From: Longimicrobiales bacterium
GTDB taxonomy: Bacteria > Gemmatimonadota > Gemmatimonadetes > Longimicrobiales > Gaopeijiaceae
Assembly (NCBI GenBank): GCA_965203485.1
Contig: OZ241892.1
Location: 1,920,001 to 1,984,000 of the forward strand
Reading direction: 5' to 3'
DNA length: 64,000 nt
Shown here one piece after another: positions 36,802 to 46,738 of this stretch. Position 1 is the first letter of the stretch. Each line of letters starts with the position of its first letter. Made by a program: the position numbers and the translations under genes. The notes under the pieces were generated by a model. The model was given only the letters and a program-made list of their open reading frames with translations. It was not told where the DNA came from and ran no database searches.

Positions 36802-37887
36802 TTGACGGCTGAGGGCTGGCGTTCGGCTCCTGAGGCCCGCCCCGTCGGCGTCGAACCCTTCGAGGCCACCTACGGGGCCGGGTTCGAGGCCCAGGAGGAC
36901 GGGCCGGAGGCGATCGAGTGCGAAGTGGCGGAGGACGGCGGCGACTTTCGCCTTCACGAGGCCGTGCTCGCCGAGCGGCCCGACCGGCTGTGCTTCGTGG
37001 ACGGCGTCATGCGGACGGAAGCGCGTCTGACTCGGGTGGGGCGCGGGGGCGAGATGCGCTTCGGGTTGGCGGGGAGCTGGGCCGCGGGGGCGGTCGTCGT
37101 GGATGCGCATGGTCCGGCGCGGATCGCGGAGGTGGACCAGGGCCGCGTGGTGGTGTTCTCGGGGGGCGAGGCCGTCGAGTTGCCGCGTCACCAGGGCGGA
37201 TGGGAGTGGACGCCGCTGGCGGTGGAAGGCGAAGACGTGGCCGCGGCCCGAGACCGCCTGCGCGACGAAATGCGGGCGGCCGAGGCGAAGGTCGCGGCCC
37301 GGGTCGGCGCCGACGGGTTCGTGGTCGTCTTCGACGGCCCGTTGCGTTCGTTGCGGCGAAGCGCGAGCGGGAGCGGCCAAGCGATGGGCTACGTCAAGAC
37401 GCACCACCGCCGAACGCTGCCCGCGGAGGAGTGGCGCCAGGTGCCGAACCTCCAGGCAGGCCAGCGTACCAGCCTGTTCGCGATGCCGGTCGGGATGTAC
37501 GCGTGCTACGTTCGCGTGGGACTGCCCGGGCCCTGGGCGGGCGGATGGGCGGGCGTCGCCCGGCTCGAAGTCCCTCAAGACGCCGGCCTGGAAGCGGCGG
37601 CGGCCACGGCGGACAAGGCGGCGGCATGGTTGCCCGCGTTCGCGACCGCCCTGCACCGCAACGCCCGCGCACCCGTCAACCTGACGCCGGTCGCCGGCCT
37701 GGAGAAGCATCTGCGCCGCTTGCTGGGGAACCCGGAGCTGGCAGTGCGGGCCGTCCGGGAAGCGGTCGTGGAACTCAACCGGAAGGAGCAGGCAAGAGTG
37801 AGCGCGGCAAGCACGAGAGAAGCGGGCGACGACGCGCGGCCGCCGGGCGACGGCCGGGCCGCGGACGGCCCAATGCGCGCGAAGTGA
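36802..37887 (+). CDS. nurA: NurA-like nuclease (RNase H fold)
   Basis: FVDG and FDGPL acidic motifs, MRAAE, GYVKTHH, RAPVNLTPVAGLEKHLRRLLG; directly coupled to a HerA ATPase. Start approximate. Confidence 0.75.
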   Translation: MTAEGWRSAPEARPVGVEPFEATYGAGFEAQEDGPEAIECEVAEDGGDFRLHEAVLAERPDRLCFVDGVMRTEARLTRVGRGGEMRFGLAGSWAAGAVVVDAHGPARIAEVDQGRVVVFSGGEAVELPRHQGGWEWTPLAVEGEDVAAARDRLRDEMRAAEAKVAARVGADGFVVVFDGPLRSLRRSASGSGQAMGYVKTHHRRTLPAEEWRQVPNLQAGQRTSLFAMPVGMYACYVRVGLPGPWAGGWAGVARLEVPQDAGLEAAAATADKAAAWLPAFATALHRNARAPVNLTPVAGLEKHLRRLLGNPELAVRAVREAVVELNRKEQARVSAASTREAGDDARPPGDGRAADGPMRAK

Positions 37888-39707
37888 GCGGCGGCGCCCC
37901 CCCTCGAATCGGGCTCGTGGACGGGTCCGCCGACAGCGATTCGCGGCGATTCTTCCTGGTGCTGGAGCCGGACCAGCTGGTCCAGCTCGACGACCTCGTC
38001 GCGGTGACCACGGAATTGCCCGGCGGCGAGCAAGTCGTCCACTACGGCATCGTCACCGAGATCACATCGCGCCTCGAAGGAGCCGAGTTCCCCTCCGACA
38101 CCGCCCGTTTCGCGGACCGAACGCTGCCCGCCGAGCACGTGCGCCGGGCCGAAGTCCGGGTGCTGCGGGTCGTGCCGGAGCTGTTCGTGTCGCCGCACGC
38201 GGGCACCGCGGCCTTCCGCGCCAGCGGCGACCATCGCAAGCGGGCGCTCTTCGAGGACGAGATGACACGGGGAATGCTGCCGGTGGGGCTGGACACGGGA
38301 GGCTCTCCGGTGCACGCCGACATGCGCTTCGTGGACGGGCGCTCCGGGGGGCACGTGTCGATTTCGGGCATCTCGGGCGTCGCGACCAAGACGTCGTACG
38401 CGCTCTTCCTCCTGTACCAGCTGCTCGAAACGAAGCGCGGCATGGACCTCTTGGGCGGGCGGGCCGGCCGCGAGAACGTCCGCGCGCTGGTCTTCAACAC
38501 GAAGGGCGAGGACCTGCTTCACGTGGACCGGCCGAACTCCGAGTTCGCCGACAAGCCGGACGCCCGCGAGGACTGGGCGAAGCTGGGCGTCGAGGAGCCG
38601 GGGCCGTTTCGGTCCGTTCGGTTGTACGCGCCCCGCCAGAGCGAATCGGCGGCCACGGCCGTGCCCGCCGTCAAGTCGCGCGACACTGGCGACGTGAAAG
38701 CCTACGGCTGGACGCCCGAGCAGTTCGTGCGCGAGCAGCTGCTGCAGTTCTGCTTCACGTCGGCCGACGAGCGGTCCACTCAGGTGGGCTTCGTGGAACA
38801 GCAGTTTCGCATCCAGCTGCTGCGCCATCTTCGGCGTTTGGAGGGCGACGAAACGGGCGCCGTCGTGATCGCCCGCGATGCCAACGCCGGCGCCGGCTTC
38901 AACCCCGACAAGCTGGCGGAGCCCGAACCACCGGAGGCGACCGCGGGCGAGGGCCACGTGATCCGCAACTTCCGCGACTTCGTGGACTTCGCCGAGTCGC
39001 TGGCCGACCGGGACGACGACGAAGCCGGCCGCTGGTTCGGCCGCACCCAGGCCGGTACGCGCCAAGCCTTCCTCCGCCGCGTCCTGCGGCTGCGGCGCCA
39101 CGTCGGACCCTTGGTGGCCTGCGGCTTGAAGCCCGTCTCCCACGAGAACGCGCGCGTGCACATAGTAGACATCTCGACGCTCCACGACGACGCCCAGCGC
39201 TTCGTGGTGGGCGCTCTGCTGGACCACGTGTGGCGCGAGAAGCAGGGCGCCGGGCGCGAGCCGCTTCGCTTCGTCGTGCTGGACGAACTCAACAAGTACG
39301 CGCCCGCCACCGGCTACTCGCCGCTCAAGGAGCTTCTGGTGGACATCGCCGAACGCGGCCGCTCGCTCGGCGTGCTGCTGATCGGCGCCCAGCAGGCGGC
39401 CTCCGCCGTCGCCCAAGCCCTGCCCCGCAACGCGTCGCTCAAGGTCGCAGGCAGGCTGGACGCCGGCGAGTCCGACGCCTACCGCTTCCTGACGCCCTCC
39501 CTGCGCGAGCGCGCGTCGCGCTTCATGCCCGGCAGAGTGGTCGTCGCCCAACCGGTCGTGCCCGAACCGGTCCCCGTGCGGTTTCCGTTCCCGCCGTTCG
39601 CCACGAACCCCGAGGAAGCGCAGGAGGACAAAGCCGAAGACAAGCGGAGAGCGGACGAGATCGCCCGCAGGACCAAGGCGTTCGGCGGAGGCGACTTGGA
39701 CTTGTGA
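37884..39707 (+). CDS. herA: HerA-like ATPase/translocase
   Basis: N-terminal HAS-barrel-like VQLDDLV...YGIV; variant Walker A SGISGVATKTS; FNTKGEDL; Walker B VVLDELNKYAP; IAERGRSLGVLLIGAQQ. Confidence 0.85.
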   Translation: MSGGAPPRIGLVDGSADSDSRRFFLVLEPDQLVQLDDLVAVTTELPGGEQVVHYGIVTEITSRLEGAEFPSDTARFADRTLPAEHVRRAEVRVLRVVPELFVSPHAGTAAFRASGDHRKRALFEDEMTRGMLPVGLDTGGSPVHADMRFVDGRSGGHVSISGISGVATKTSYALFLLYQLLETKRGMDLLGGRAGRENVRALVFNTKGEDLLHVDRPNSEFADKPDAREDWAKLGVEEPGPFRSVRLYAPRQSESAATAVPAVKSRDTGDVKAYGWTPEQFVREQLLQFCFTSADERSTQVGFVEQQFRIQLLRHLRRLEGDETGAVVIARDANAGAGFNPDKLAEPEPPEATAGEGHVIRNFRDFVDFAESLADRDDDEAGRWFGRTQAGTRQAFLRRVLRLRRHVGPLVACGLKPVSHENARVHIVDISTLHDDAQRFVVGALLDHVWREKQGAGREPLRFVVLDELNKYAPATGYSPLKELLVDIAERGRSLGVLLIGAQQAASAVAQALPRNASLKVAGRLDAGESDAYRFLTPSLRERASRFMPGRVVVAQPVVPEPVPVRFPFPPFATNPEEAQEDKAEDKRRADEIARRTKAFGGGDLDL

Positions 39708-39717
39708 GAGCGGCGCC

Positions 39718-40080
39718 CTAGTCGCAGCCGTAGCGAATGGACAGTCTGTCGCCCGGCGGAGGGCCTTCGATCGCAACCTCGAAGTCGCCTAGGGTGCCGA
39801 TCAGTCCCTTGCCGTTTCCGAAACGATCGCCTCTCTTGCCGTCGGCGTTCACCCGGTAAGCGATGATGGTGATGAACCGGCCCGTGTAGCCCGCCGCCAA
39901 GACCCCCTCGATCTCGAGCCATCCGCCGCCTTTGGCGAACTGGTTTTCTTCCCAGTGGAACGACCAGTCTTCGATGGTGCAGGCCGTCTGCGCGTCCTCG
40001 ACTCCCGCCACCGTGCCGGCGGCGAGCGCGACGGCGCCCGTGGTCACGACCGCGATTCCCAGCTTGTTCCGTTTCGTCAT
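39718..40080 (-). CDS. Small secreted hypothetical protein
   Basis: Signal peptide MTKRNKLGIAVVTTGAVALAAG; beta-rich mature part with two Cys near its ends. Confidence 0.65.
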   Translation of the reverse strand: MTKRNKLGIAVVTTGAVALAAGTVAGVEDAQTACTIEDWSFHWEENQFAKGGGWLEIEGVLAAGYTGRFITIIAYRVNADGKRGDRFGNGKGLIGTLGDFEVAIEGPPPGDRLSIRYGCD

Positions 40081-40259
40081 GCCGTTGCTTCTTTGTTCGG
40101 CCCCGCCGAGATCGCGATACAGGCCGCGCCGGGGCATCCGCATCCTGCCTGTCGGCCTCGTCTCACTTCACTGGCAGGGCGCAGGGCATAGCAAGGTACA
40201 GCGACCCTCTGACACGACCCGGACGCTCGACGAGCCGTCGCCGGGGCCGTCTCCCAGCC

Positions 40260-40296
40260 TTGTCTAGTCGGTCCGCCGGAGTAGATTGCCGCCGTG
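40260..40296 (+). promoter_or_regulatory. Possible leaderless sigma-70 promoter for sbcD
   Basis: TTGTCT-N16-TAGATT, 6 nt before the GTG at 40294; no clear RBS. Confidence 0.35.
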
Positions 40297-41553
40297 AAGC
40301 TCCTCCACACCTCCGACTGGCATCTGGGCGCGCGGCTGGGCCGTCACGACCGCACGCCCGACCAGCGAGACGCCTTGCGCGGACTCCTGGACATCGCCCA
40401 GGACGCCGAGCCCGACCTCATCGTCCACGCGGGCGACCTCTTCGACGCGTTCAGGCCGCCGTACGCCGCCCTGCGCCTAGGAGTGCGCGCCTTGAACCGG
40501 CTGGCGGAGGTGGCGCCCACGCTCGTGGTCCGGGGCAACCACGACTCGCCCGAGCTGTTTCGGGTGATCGACGAGCTGGCGGGCGCAAGGAAGTCCAACC
40601 GTCTTCGGCTGGTAGTGGAACCGACGGTCGTCGAGTACCCGAAGATCGCGGACCAGCCGGTGGCGGTGGCCTGCGTCCCGTTCATCCCCCCGGGGGCGAT
40701 CGTGGACTACGCCTCCGACGACGACGCCCGCTTCGAGGGCGCCTACGCCGACGGCATCAGGGCCGTGAACCGGCGGCTGCTCGGCGAAGCGGAGGAGCGG
40801 GCGGGCCGGCGCGGCATCGTCCTCTACGCCGCCCACCTCCATCTTCACGGAGCCAAGCCCGCCGCCTCGGAGCGGCGGCTCACGGTGGGCGAAGACTACG
40901 CGGCCCACCCCGAAGGACTGCAACGCGCGCTCTACTGCGCCTTCGGGCACATCCACGACCCCCAGATCGTGCCGGGAGGGACGGCCAGAGGACGCTACGC
41001 GGGCTCGCTGGTGCCGCTGGACTTCGGCGAGGCGACGCAGGCCAAGGAGGCGGTCGTGGTGGAGATCGGCGACGACGTGCGGGTGGAGCCCGCAAGGTTG
41101 CCGTCCACCGGCCGCCCGCTGCGCCGCTTCGTGGGCACGCTGGACGAGATGGAGGACGAAGCCCAGGACGGCGGATGGGACGGCGTCATTCTCAAGGCGC
41201 GCGTCCGCTCCGAGCATCCCATTCCCGACTTGGCGGACCGGGTGCAGAAGTGGTCGCCCCAGTGCGCCGTCTTCAACTTGGCCAACGAAGTGGAGAGCCG
41301 CCGCGTCAAGGCGATCGAGCCGGGCGAAGGCGACAGCGACGCGGACGAGCCGCCGATGCCCAAGCTCTTCGCGGAGTGGCGAGACGGCGCGGCGACGAGC
41401 GCCAAGGCGCCGGACGAAGTCGTGAACCGGTTGTTCGCGGACGCCCTGGACGGCGCGGCGCAGGAAGGCGGCTTGGACTTCGGCGCCGACGCGCTGGAGG
41501 AGCGCGCGCAGAGCGTGCTGGAGTCGCTCGGGGCGGCGAGGCGGAGCGGCTGA
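40294..41553 (+). CDS. sbcD: SbcD/Mre11 nuclease
   Basis: HTSDWHLG, AGDLFD, GNHD, AHL, FGHIH, YAGS. Confidence 0.93.
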   Translation: MKLLHTSDWHLGARLGRHDRTPDQRDALRGLLDIAQDAEPDLIVHAGDLFDAFRPPYAALRLGVRALNRLAEVAPTLVVRGNHDSPELFRVIDELAGARKSNRLRLVVEPTVVEYPKIADQPVAVACVPFIPPGAIVDYASDDDARFEGAYADGIRAVNRRLLGEAEERAGRRGIVLYAAHLHLHGAKPAASERRLTVGEDYAAHPEGLQRALYCAFGHIHDPQIVPGGTARGRYAGSLVPLDFGEATQAKEAVVVEIGDDVRVEPARLPSTGRPLRRFVGTLDEMEDEAQDGGWDGVILKARVRSEHPIPDLADRVQKWSPQCAVFNLANEVESRRVKAIEPGEGDSDADEPPMPKLFAEWRDGAATSAKAPDEVVNRLFADALDGAAQEGGLDFGADALEERAQSVLESLGAARRSG

Positions 41554-41554
41554 C

Positions 41555-44500
41555 GTGCGGCCTCTCTTCTTGTCCATCGAAGGACTGCGCTCGTTTCGGG
41601 CGCCCGTCGAGATCGACTTCCAGAACCGGGACCACGTGGCCGTCATCGGCGACACGGGCGCCGGCAAGTCGTCGATTCTCGAGGCGATGACCTACGCGCT
41701 GTACGGCAGAACCACCTTCTCGGGCGGAGGCAATCCGGAGCTGATGAACGACACGTCGCAGCGGACGCGCGTCGTGCTGCGGTTCCGGGTGTCGGGCGGG
41801 GAATGGGAGGTGGCCCGCGCGCTTCGCCGGACCAAGCAGGGGAAGGTCCAGCCCGCGGGCGTCCGGCTGCGGCGGACACGCCCGGAAGGCGAGATGGTCG
41901 AGCAGGTCCGGCAGGTCAACGAGCGCGTCAAGGAGTTGCTGGGGCTGGACAGCGACGCGTTCCTGCGGACGGTCGTCCTGCCCCAGGGACGGTTCGCCCG
42001 CCTGCTGGTGGAAGACAAGCCGAGCGAGCGCGGAGAGATCCTTCGCCAAGTGTGGCCGGCGGATGGCATCGACGCGGTGCGGACGGCCGCCGAGGAAGCA
42101 TTGAGGAGGGTGGAGGCGGTCCATCGCCGGGTGGCCGACGAGGCGGCGCGGTACCCGGAGGATCCGGGTGCGCACCTGGCCGAGCTGGTCCGCTTGCGGG
42201 ACGAAGCGGCGCGGCGGGCGAAGGAGGCCGGAGCCATCGAAGAGGAAGCCAGGTCGGGCCGGAGCAAGTTGAAGGAGGCGGAGCGGCGGATGCGGGCCGC
42301 TTCGGAGGCGGCCGCGAACCTGAACGTGGACAGGATCGACCGGGCGGCCGAGCCGGTTGGGCGGCTGGAGGCCGTGGCGGCGGAGATCGCCGAGGCGGAC
42401 GGGCGGATCGAGGAGCGCCAAGCGGAAGCGCGGAAGGCCTTGGACGACCTTGGGCCCGACGAGGAGCGGCGGCGCCGAGAGGTGGCGGGGACGCTGGACG
42501 GGCTGAACCGGCTGGACGGACTTGCCGGGCAGGCGGCGGAGCGCGCCCAGGAATGGCGGTTGGAGCACGCGGCAGCCGAGGATTGGCGGCGCAAGGCCGC
42601 GCAGGTCCGGGAGGACGAAGCCCGGGCGAGCGAAGCGGCGGCGCGCCACGAGAAGGAGCGCGCGCCGCTGGCCGATGCCTTGGAGACGGCCCGCCGACGG
42701 TGCGAGGAAGCCGGGCGGCGGCGCCAGGAAGGAGCCTCGCGGCAACGGGACGCCGAGCGCGCGCGGAAGCGGCTCGCGGAAGCCGAGCAACGGAGAACGG
42801 TCCTCGCCGGCGAATCCGGTAGGGCGGCCAAGGAGGCCGAGGCCGCCCAAGCCGCGTCGGTCCGGGCCGACGGCTCGCTGGCCGGCGCTCGGCGCGCCCA
42901 CTTCGCCGCGTCGGTCGCCGGCGACCTCGAAGCGGGGGACGACTGCCCCGTCTGCGCCCGCGAGCTGCCCCCCGGGTGGTCCGCGCCGGAGGCCGCCGGC
43001 CTGGACGAAGCCGAGCAGTCCGCGAACAGGGCGCGCGACGATGCCGGGAAGGCGCGTGATGCGGCAAGTGCGGCGCGGGCCCGGCTCGGTGGCGCGGACG
43101 AGCAGATCGCCAAGGCGAAGTCCGAGCACGAGGCGGCGGACAAGTCGTTCCGGGACGCGCTGGCGGAGTTCGCCTTGGTGGTCGGCAAGACCGATCTCGG
43201 CGAACCGGGCGTTGCGGCCGCCGAAGGGCCGGATGCGGCGCGCCTAGCCGCGTTGCCCGGCCTGGAAGCGTTGCTCGGTCCGCTCGACGACGCCCGGGGG
43301 AAGGCCGCGGAGGCGTTGCGGCTCCACGACGAAAAGCAGACGGAGCTGGCCGACGCGGCCAAGCAACAGGCAACGGCGGCAGCCGGAACTCGGGCGAAGG
43401 CCGAAGGCGCCCAACAACTGGCCGATGCGGCCCGCAAGCACGGCGACTCGGCTCTGAAGGAACTGGCCGACACGGTTGCGGCGATCGCGGAGCCGTTCCG
43501 CCCGGCATTGAAGTTGCCTGCAGACGTGACGGAACTGGAAGGCGTGGACACGGCTCCGGCGGCCAACCGCATCAAGGCCGCCGAAGAGCAGGCGCAGGCG
43601 CTCGCGGCCCGCGAGAAGCGCCGAAGGCGGCTTCAGGAAACGCTCGACCAAGCGAGCAAGGAGAGAGAGGCGCTCGCCCTGCGACGCAAGCACGAAGTCG
43701 AAGCGCCCCTCCACGAGGTCGGCGCCGTCTTGAGCGGGGAGCGCGACGCGCTGTTGCGGGCCGCGTCCGCCTTGGACGCGAGCGACGACGGCATCCCCGG
43801 CCCCGTTCCGGCCGGCCATCCTGCCGCCGTCGGGGCCTGGGCCGCCCAACTGCGGGCAGCCACGGCCGCCACGCTCGGCCGCGCCGGCCGGACGGCGAAG
43901 GATGCCTCGGGGGCCGCCGAGGCAACCCGCGCCGCCCTGATCGAACTAGGACTCCGCATCGCGGAAGCCGCTGCACGGGCGGCGGAGCCGCTGGAAGGCC
44001 GGCCTGCCCACGACGGCAGTCCGGAGACGCCACAGGAGACCGCCGCCCAGCTCGACCAGGCCCCGCACGACGCCGCGCTCGCGCGCGATCCCGACGAAGT
44101 GGTGGCCGCCGCCGTCCAAGCCGCCGAGGACGCCCGCCACTTCGGCCGCGAGGCCGCGCGCCGGGCCGGCGAATTCGCTGCCATTCACGACGACGTAGCA
44201 ACTCTCCACGCGCTCGCATCCGAAGCCGGCGACCTGGAACTGGCCTTGAGCGACCTGCGCAAGGCGCTGCTTCCCGGCGGCTTCCCCAAGTGGCTGACCC
44301 TTCGCCGGTCGCGGACGCTTCTGCTTCACGCCTCGCAAGTGCTGGAGGACATCACGCGCGAACGCTACGTCTTCGAAGACCCGGGGGAACGCGAAGAGTG
44401 GCGGATCGTGGACAAGGAATCCGGCGAGCCGCGTTCGCCCTCCAGCCTGTCGGGGGGCGAGCAGTTCGTCGCGTCCCTCGCCTTGGCGGTGGGCATGGTC

Positions 44501-44806
44501 GAGGCGATTGCGCGCACCGGCGACCGCCTGGACGCGCTGTTTCTGGACGAGGGCTTCGGCGCCCTGGACCGCAACAACCTGGATGCCGCCGTCGAGGCCC
44601 TGAGCGCCGTGGCCGCACGTGGCCGCACGGTCGGCGTCATATCCCATGTCCGGGCCGTCGCCGAGCAGATCGACCACGTGCTGGAAGTCTCCCGCCGCTC
44701 GACCGGCAGCCAAGCCCGCTGGCTGACCCGCGAAGAACGCGGCCACGTCTCGCGCGCCGACGCCGGCCAAGCCGCGTCCGAGGCCATGGGAGCGCTGCTG
44801 GACTGA
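41555..44806 (+). CDS. sbcC: SbcC/Rad50 SMC-family ATPase
   Basis: GDTGAGKSS, LPQGRF, long coiled coil with CPVC zinc hook, LSGGEQF, LFLDEGFGALD, ISH. Confidence 0.93.
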   Translation: MRPLFLSIEGLRSFRAPVEIDFQNRDHVAVIGDTGAGKSSILEAMTYALYGRTTFSGGGNPELMNDTSQRTRVVLRFRVSGGEWEVARALRRTKQGKVQPAGVRLRRTRPEGEMVEQVRQVNERVKELLGLDSDAFLRTVVLPQGRFARLLVEDKPSERGEILRQVWPADGIDAVRTAAEEALRRVEAVHRRVADEAARYPEDPGAHLAELVRLRDEAARRAKEAGAIEEEARSGRSKLKEAERRMRAASEAAANLNVDRIDRAAEPVGRLEAVAAEIAEADGRIEERQAEARKALDDLGPDEERRRREVAGTLDGLNRLDGLAGQAAERAQEWRLEHAAAEDWRRKAAQVREDEARASEAAARHEKERAPLADALETARRRCEEAGRRRQEGASRQRDAERARKRLAEAEQRRTVLAGESGRAAKEAEAAQAASVRADGSLAGARRAHFAASVAGDLEAGDDCPVCARELPPGWSAPEAAGLDEAEQSANRARDDAGKARDAASAARARLGGADEQIAKAKSEHEAADKSFRDALAEFALVVGKTDLGEPGVAAAEGPDAARLAALPGLEALLGPLDDARGKAAEALRLHDEKQTELADAAKQQATAAAGTRAKAEGAQQLADAARKHGDSALKELADTVAAIAEPFRPALKLPADVTELEGVDTAPAANRIKAAEEQAQALAAREKRRRRLQETLDQASKEREALALRRKHEVEAPLHEVGAVLSGERDALLRAASALDASDDGIPGPVPAGHPAAVGAWAAQLRAATAATLGRAGRTAKDASGAAEATRAALIELGLRIAEAAARAAEPLEGRPAHDGSPETPQETAAQLDQAPHDAALARDPDEVVAAAVQAAEDARHFGREAARRAGEFAAIHDDVATLHALASEAGDLELALSDLRKALLPGGFPKWLTLRRSRTLLLHASQVLEDITRERYVFEDPGEREEWRIVDKESGEPRSPSSLSGGEQFVASLALAVGMVEAIARTGDRLDALFLDEGFGALDRNNLDAAVEALSAVAARGRTVGVISHVRAVAEQIDHVLEVSRRSTGSQARWLTREERGHVSRADAGQAASEAMGALLD

Positions 44807-44967
44807 GCCGGACCGGCATCCGTTCAAGGGCGGGCACCGGGCCGAGCGGCGTCCGAAAGCGGCCGGCGGGCGGCGGCGCGGAGGCTCCACCTTGGCGACC
44901 CGAGGAACCGGGCGCATATTTGGGCACGGCCCAGCCGCACGCAACCCAGAAGGGAGCGACCGGAAGA

Positions 44968-45558
44968 ATGAAGCTGAACTTCACGGACAAGGCCCGCGAC
45001 ATGGTCCTGTCCTTCATGGATCAGGAGGAGGACGGGCCGCAGGCTCTGCGAATCGCGGTGGACGGCAGCCCGTTCGCGCCGAACTACGAACTCACCTTGG
45101 TGGAGGCGGCCAGTCGGCAGGATTCGGACGTCGAGGTGCCGGCGGGCGACTTCGCCGTGCTGGTGGACCGAGCCAGCGTCGAACGACTGGACGGCGCCTC
45201 GGTGGACTTCGTGGAGACGTTGCAGGAGAGCGGCTTCCAGATCACGCCGGACCCGAATGCCGTGAAGGCGGCCGTGGACGCGGCGGCTCCTAACGGGGAA
45301 CTCGCGGACCGCGTTCGGCAGGTGCTCGACACGGAGGTCAACCCGGCGGTGGCCGCGCACGGGGGCGCGATCAACCTCGTGGACGTGCAGGGGACGGAAG
45401 TCTTCATCGAGATGGCCGGCGGGTGCCAAGGGTGCGCCATGTCCCGCATGACGTTGCGCCAAGGGGTGGAGCGCATGGTCTCGCAGGCCGTCCCGGAAGT
45501 CACCGCCATCCACGACGTGACCGACCACATGAGCGGGGAGAATCCCTACTTCACGTAG
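44968..45558 (+). CDS. nfuA: Fe-S carrier NfuA (degenerate A-type domain plus NifU domain)
   Basis: LDGASVDFVE; VNPAVAAHGG; GGCQGC; HDVTDH..GENPYF. Confidence 0.9.
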   Translation: MKLNFTDKARDMVLSFMDQEEDGPQALRIAVDGSPFAPNYELTLVEAASRQDSDVEVPAGDFAVLVDRASVERLDGASVDFVETLQESGFQITPDPNAVKAAVDAAAPNGELADRVRQVLDTEVNPAVAAHGGAINLVDVQGTEVFIEMAGGCQGCAMSRMTLRQGVERMVSQAVPEVTAIHDVTDHMSGENPYFT

Positions 45559-46544
45559 CGGCCGGCCGGTCGCTTGGCCGATGAAGTGCGGTTCGTCCCC
45601 GACGTGCACGAACAGGGGACGGGCCCGGAACTGCCGTCCCCGCTGTGAGCGCGCCGCAGCGCTTCCAGTTCCTCCACGGTCTTGGGCCAGTCCTTCCGCA
45701 ACAGCGTCGAGAGGGCGCGATCGGCCAGCAGGCGGCCTCCAGTTTGGCACGCCGGACAGTAGTTGGTCTCGCGGGCGGCGTAGACGATCCGTTGCACGGG
45801 CGTTCGGCACCGGGGACAAGGCTCGCCGTACTTCCCGTGGACCGACATGGCGGGGTGGAAGGCAGTGATCTTCGACGGAAAACGGCCGTCTGCTTCCGCG
45901 ACGAGCCGGGCGGACCACTCGCCGAGCGATTCGCGAACCGCCGAGCGCAACCGCGCCATCTCGGCGTCGTCGAGGCTGCGCGACAGGCGGACGGGCGACA
46001 GGCGCGCGCGGAACAGAATCTCGTCGGAATGGGCATTGCCGATGCCCGACAGGATGCGCGGGTCCGTGAGGGCGCGCTTGAGGGTGCGGTTCTCGCGGCG
46101 GACGGCTCGCGCGAACGTGTCGAAGGACGCCTCGAGCGGGTCGATTCCGCCCGGATCGTGCAGTCCAAGAGCCGCTTCGCCCCGCACCACGTGCAGCGAG
46201 ACGCGTTTGCGGGCCCCCGCCTCCGTGAGCAGCAGACTGCCGCTCGCGAAGTCGAAGGCGGCGTGGCCCAGCTTCTTCGGTATCGCGGCGCCCGGCGCCG
46301 TCCACCGGAAGCGGCCGCCGACCATCAAATGGACGACCACGAAGAACTCGTCCTGAAGGCACAGGACCACCCGCTTGCCGATCCGCCGCACTCCCTCGAC
46401 GGTCTTGCCGTGGACTTCTTCCACCGGGGGAGCGACGCTCTTGAGCACTGCCGGGGAGCGCACGCGAACGCGTTCAATGCGCTCCCCCGCGACGCGTTCG
46501 CGCAAGGCGTGCAGGTACAGGGCGATTTCAGGGAGCTCGGGCAT
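45546..46544 (-). CDS. Fpg/Nei-family DNA glycosylase
   Basis: MPELPE, IGKR, HLMVGG, H2[13 protein letters not shown], zinc finger CPRC...YCPACQ. Confidence 0.92.
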   Translation of the reverse strand: MPELPEIALYLHALRERVAGERIERVRVRSPAVLKSVAPPVEEVHGKTVEGVRRIGKRVVLCLQDEFFVVVHLMVGGRFRWTAPGAAIPKKLGHAAFDFASGSLLLTEAGARKRVSLHVVRGEAALGLHDPGGIDPLEASFDTFARAVRRENRTLKRALTDPRILSGIGNAHSDEILFRARLSPVRLSRSLDDAEMARLRSAVRESLGEWSARLVAEADGRFPSKITAFHPAMSVHGKYGEPCPRCRTPVQRIVYAARETNYCPACQTGGRLLADRALSTLLRKDWPKTVEELEALRRAHSGDGSSGPVPCSCTSGTNRTSSAKRPAGRYVK

Positions 46545-46738
46545 CGAGCACGACTTCCTTTCCGCGCGGACTGCGGCCAATCATATTGGGGCGCCGGCGG
46601 ATTGCGCCAAGGGTCGCGCGCGTTCCCCAATGCCTCGGACTCCGGCCCGGCTCCCGGGACGACGACGACGCGCCCGAACCGACTCTTCCTTCTGGAAGCC
46701 CGCAAAATGAAATCAGGAACGGGCCGCCACGCCGCAGG

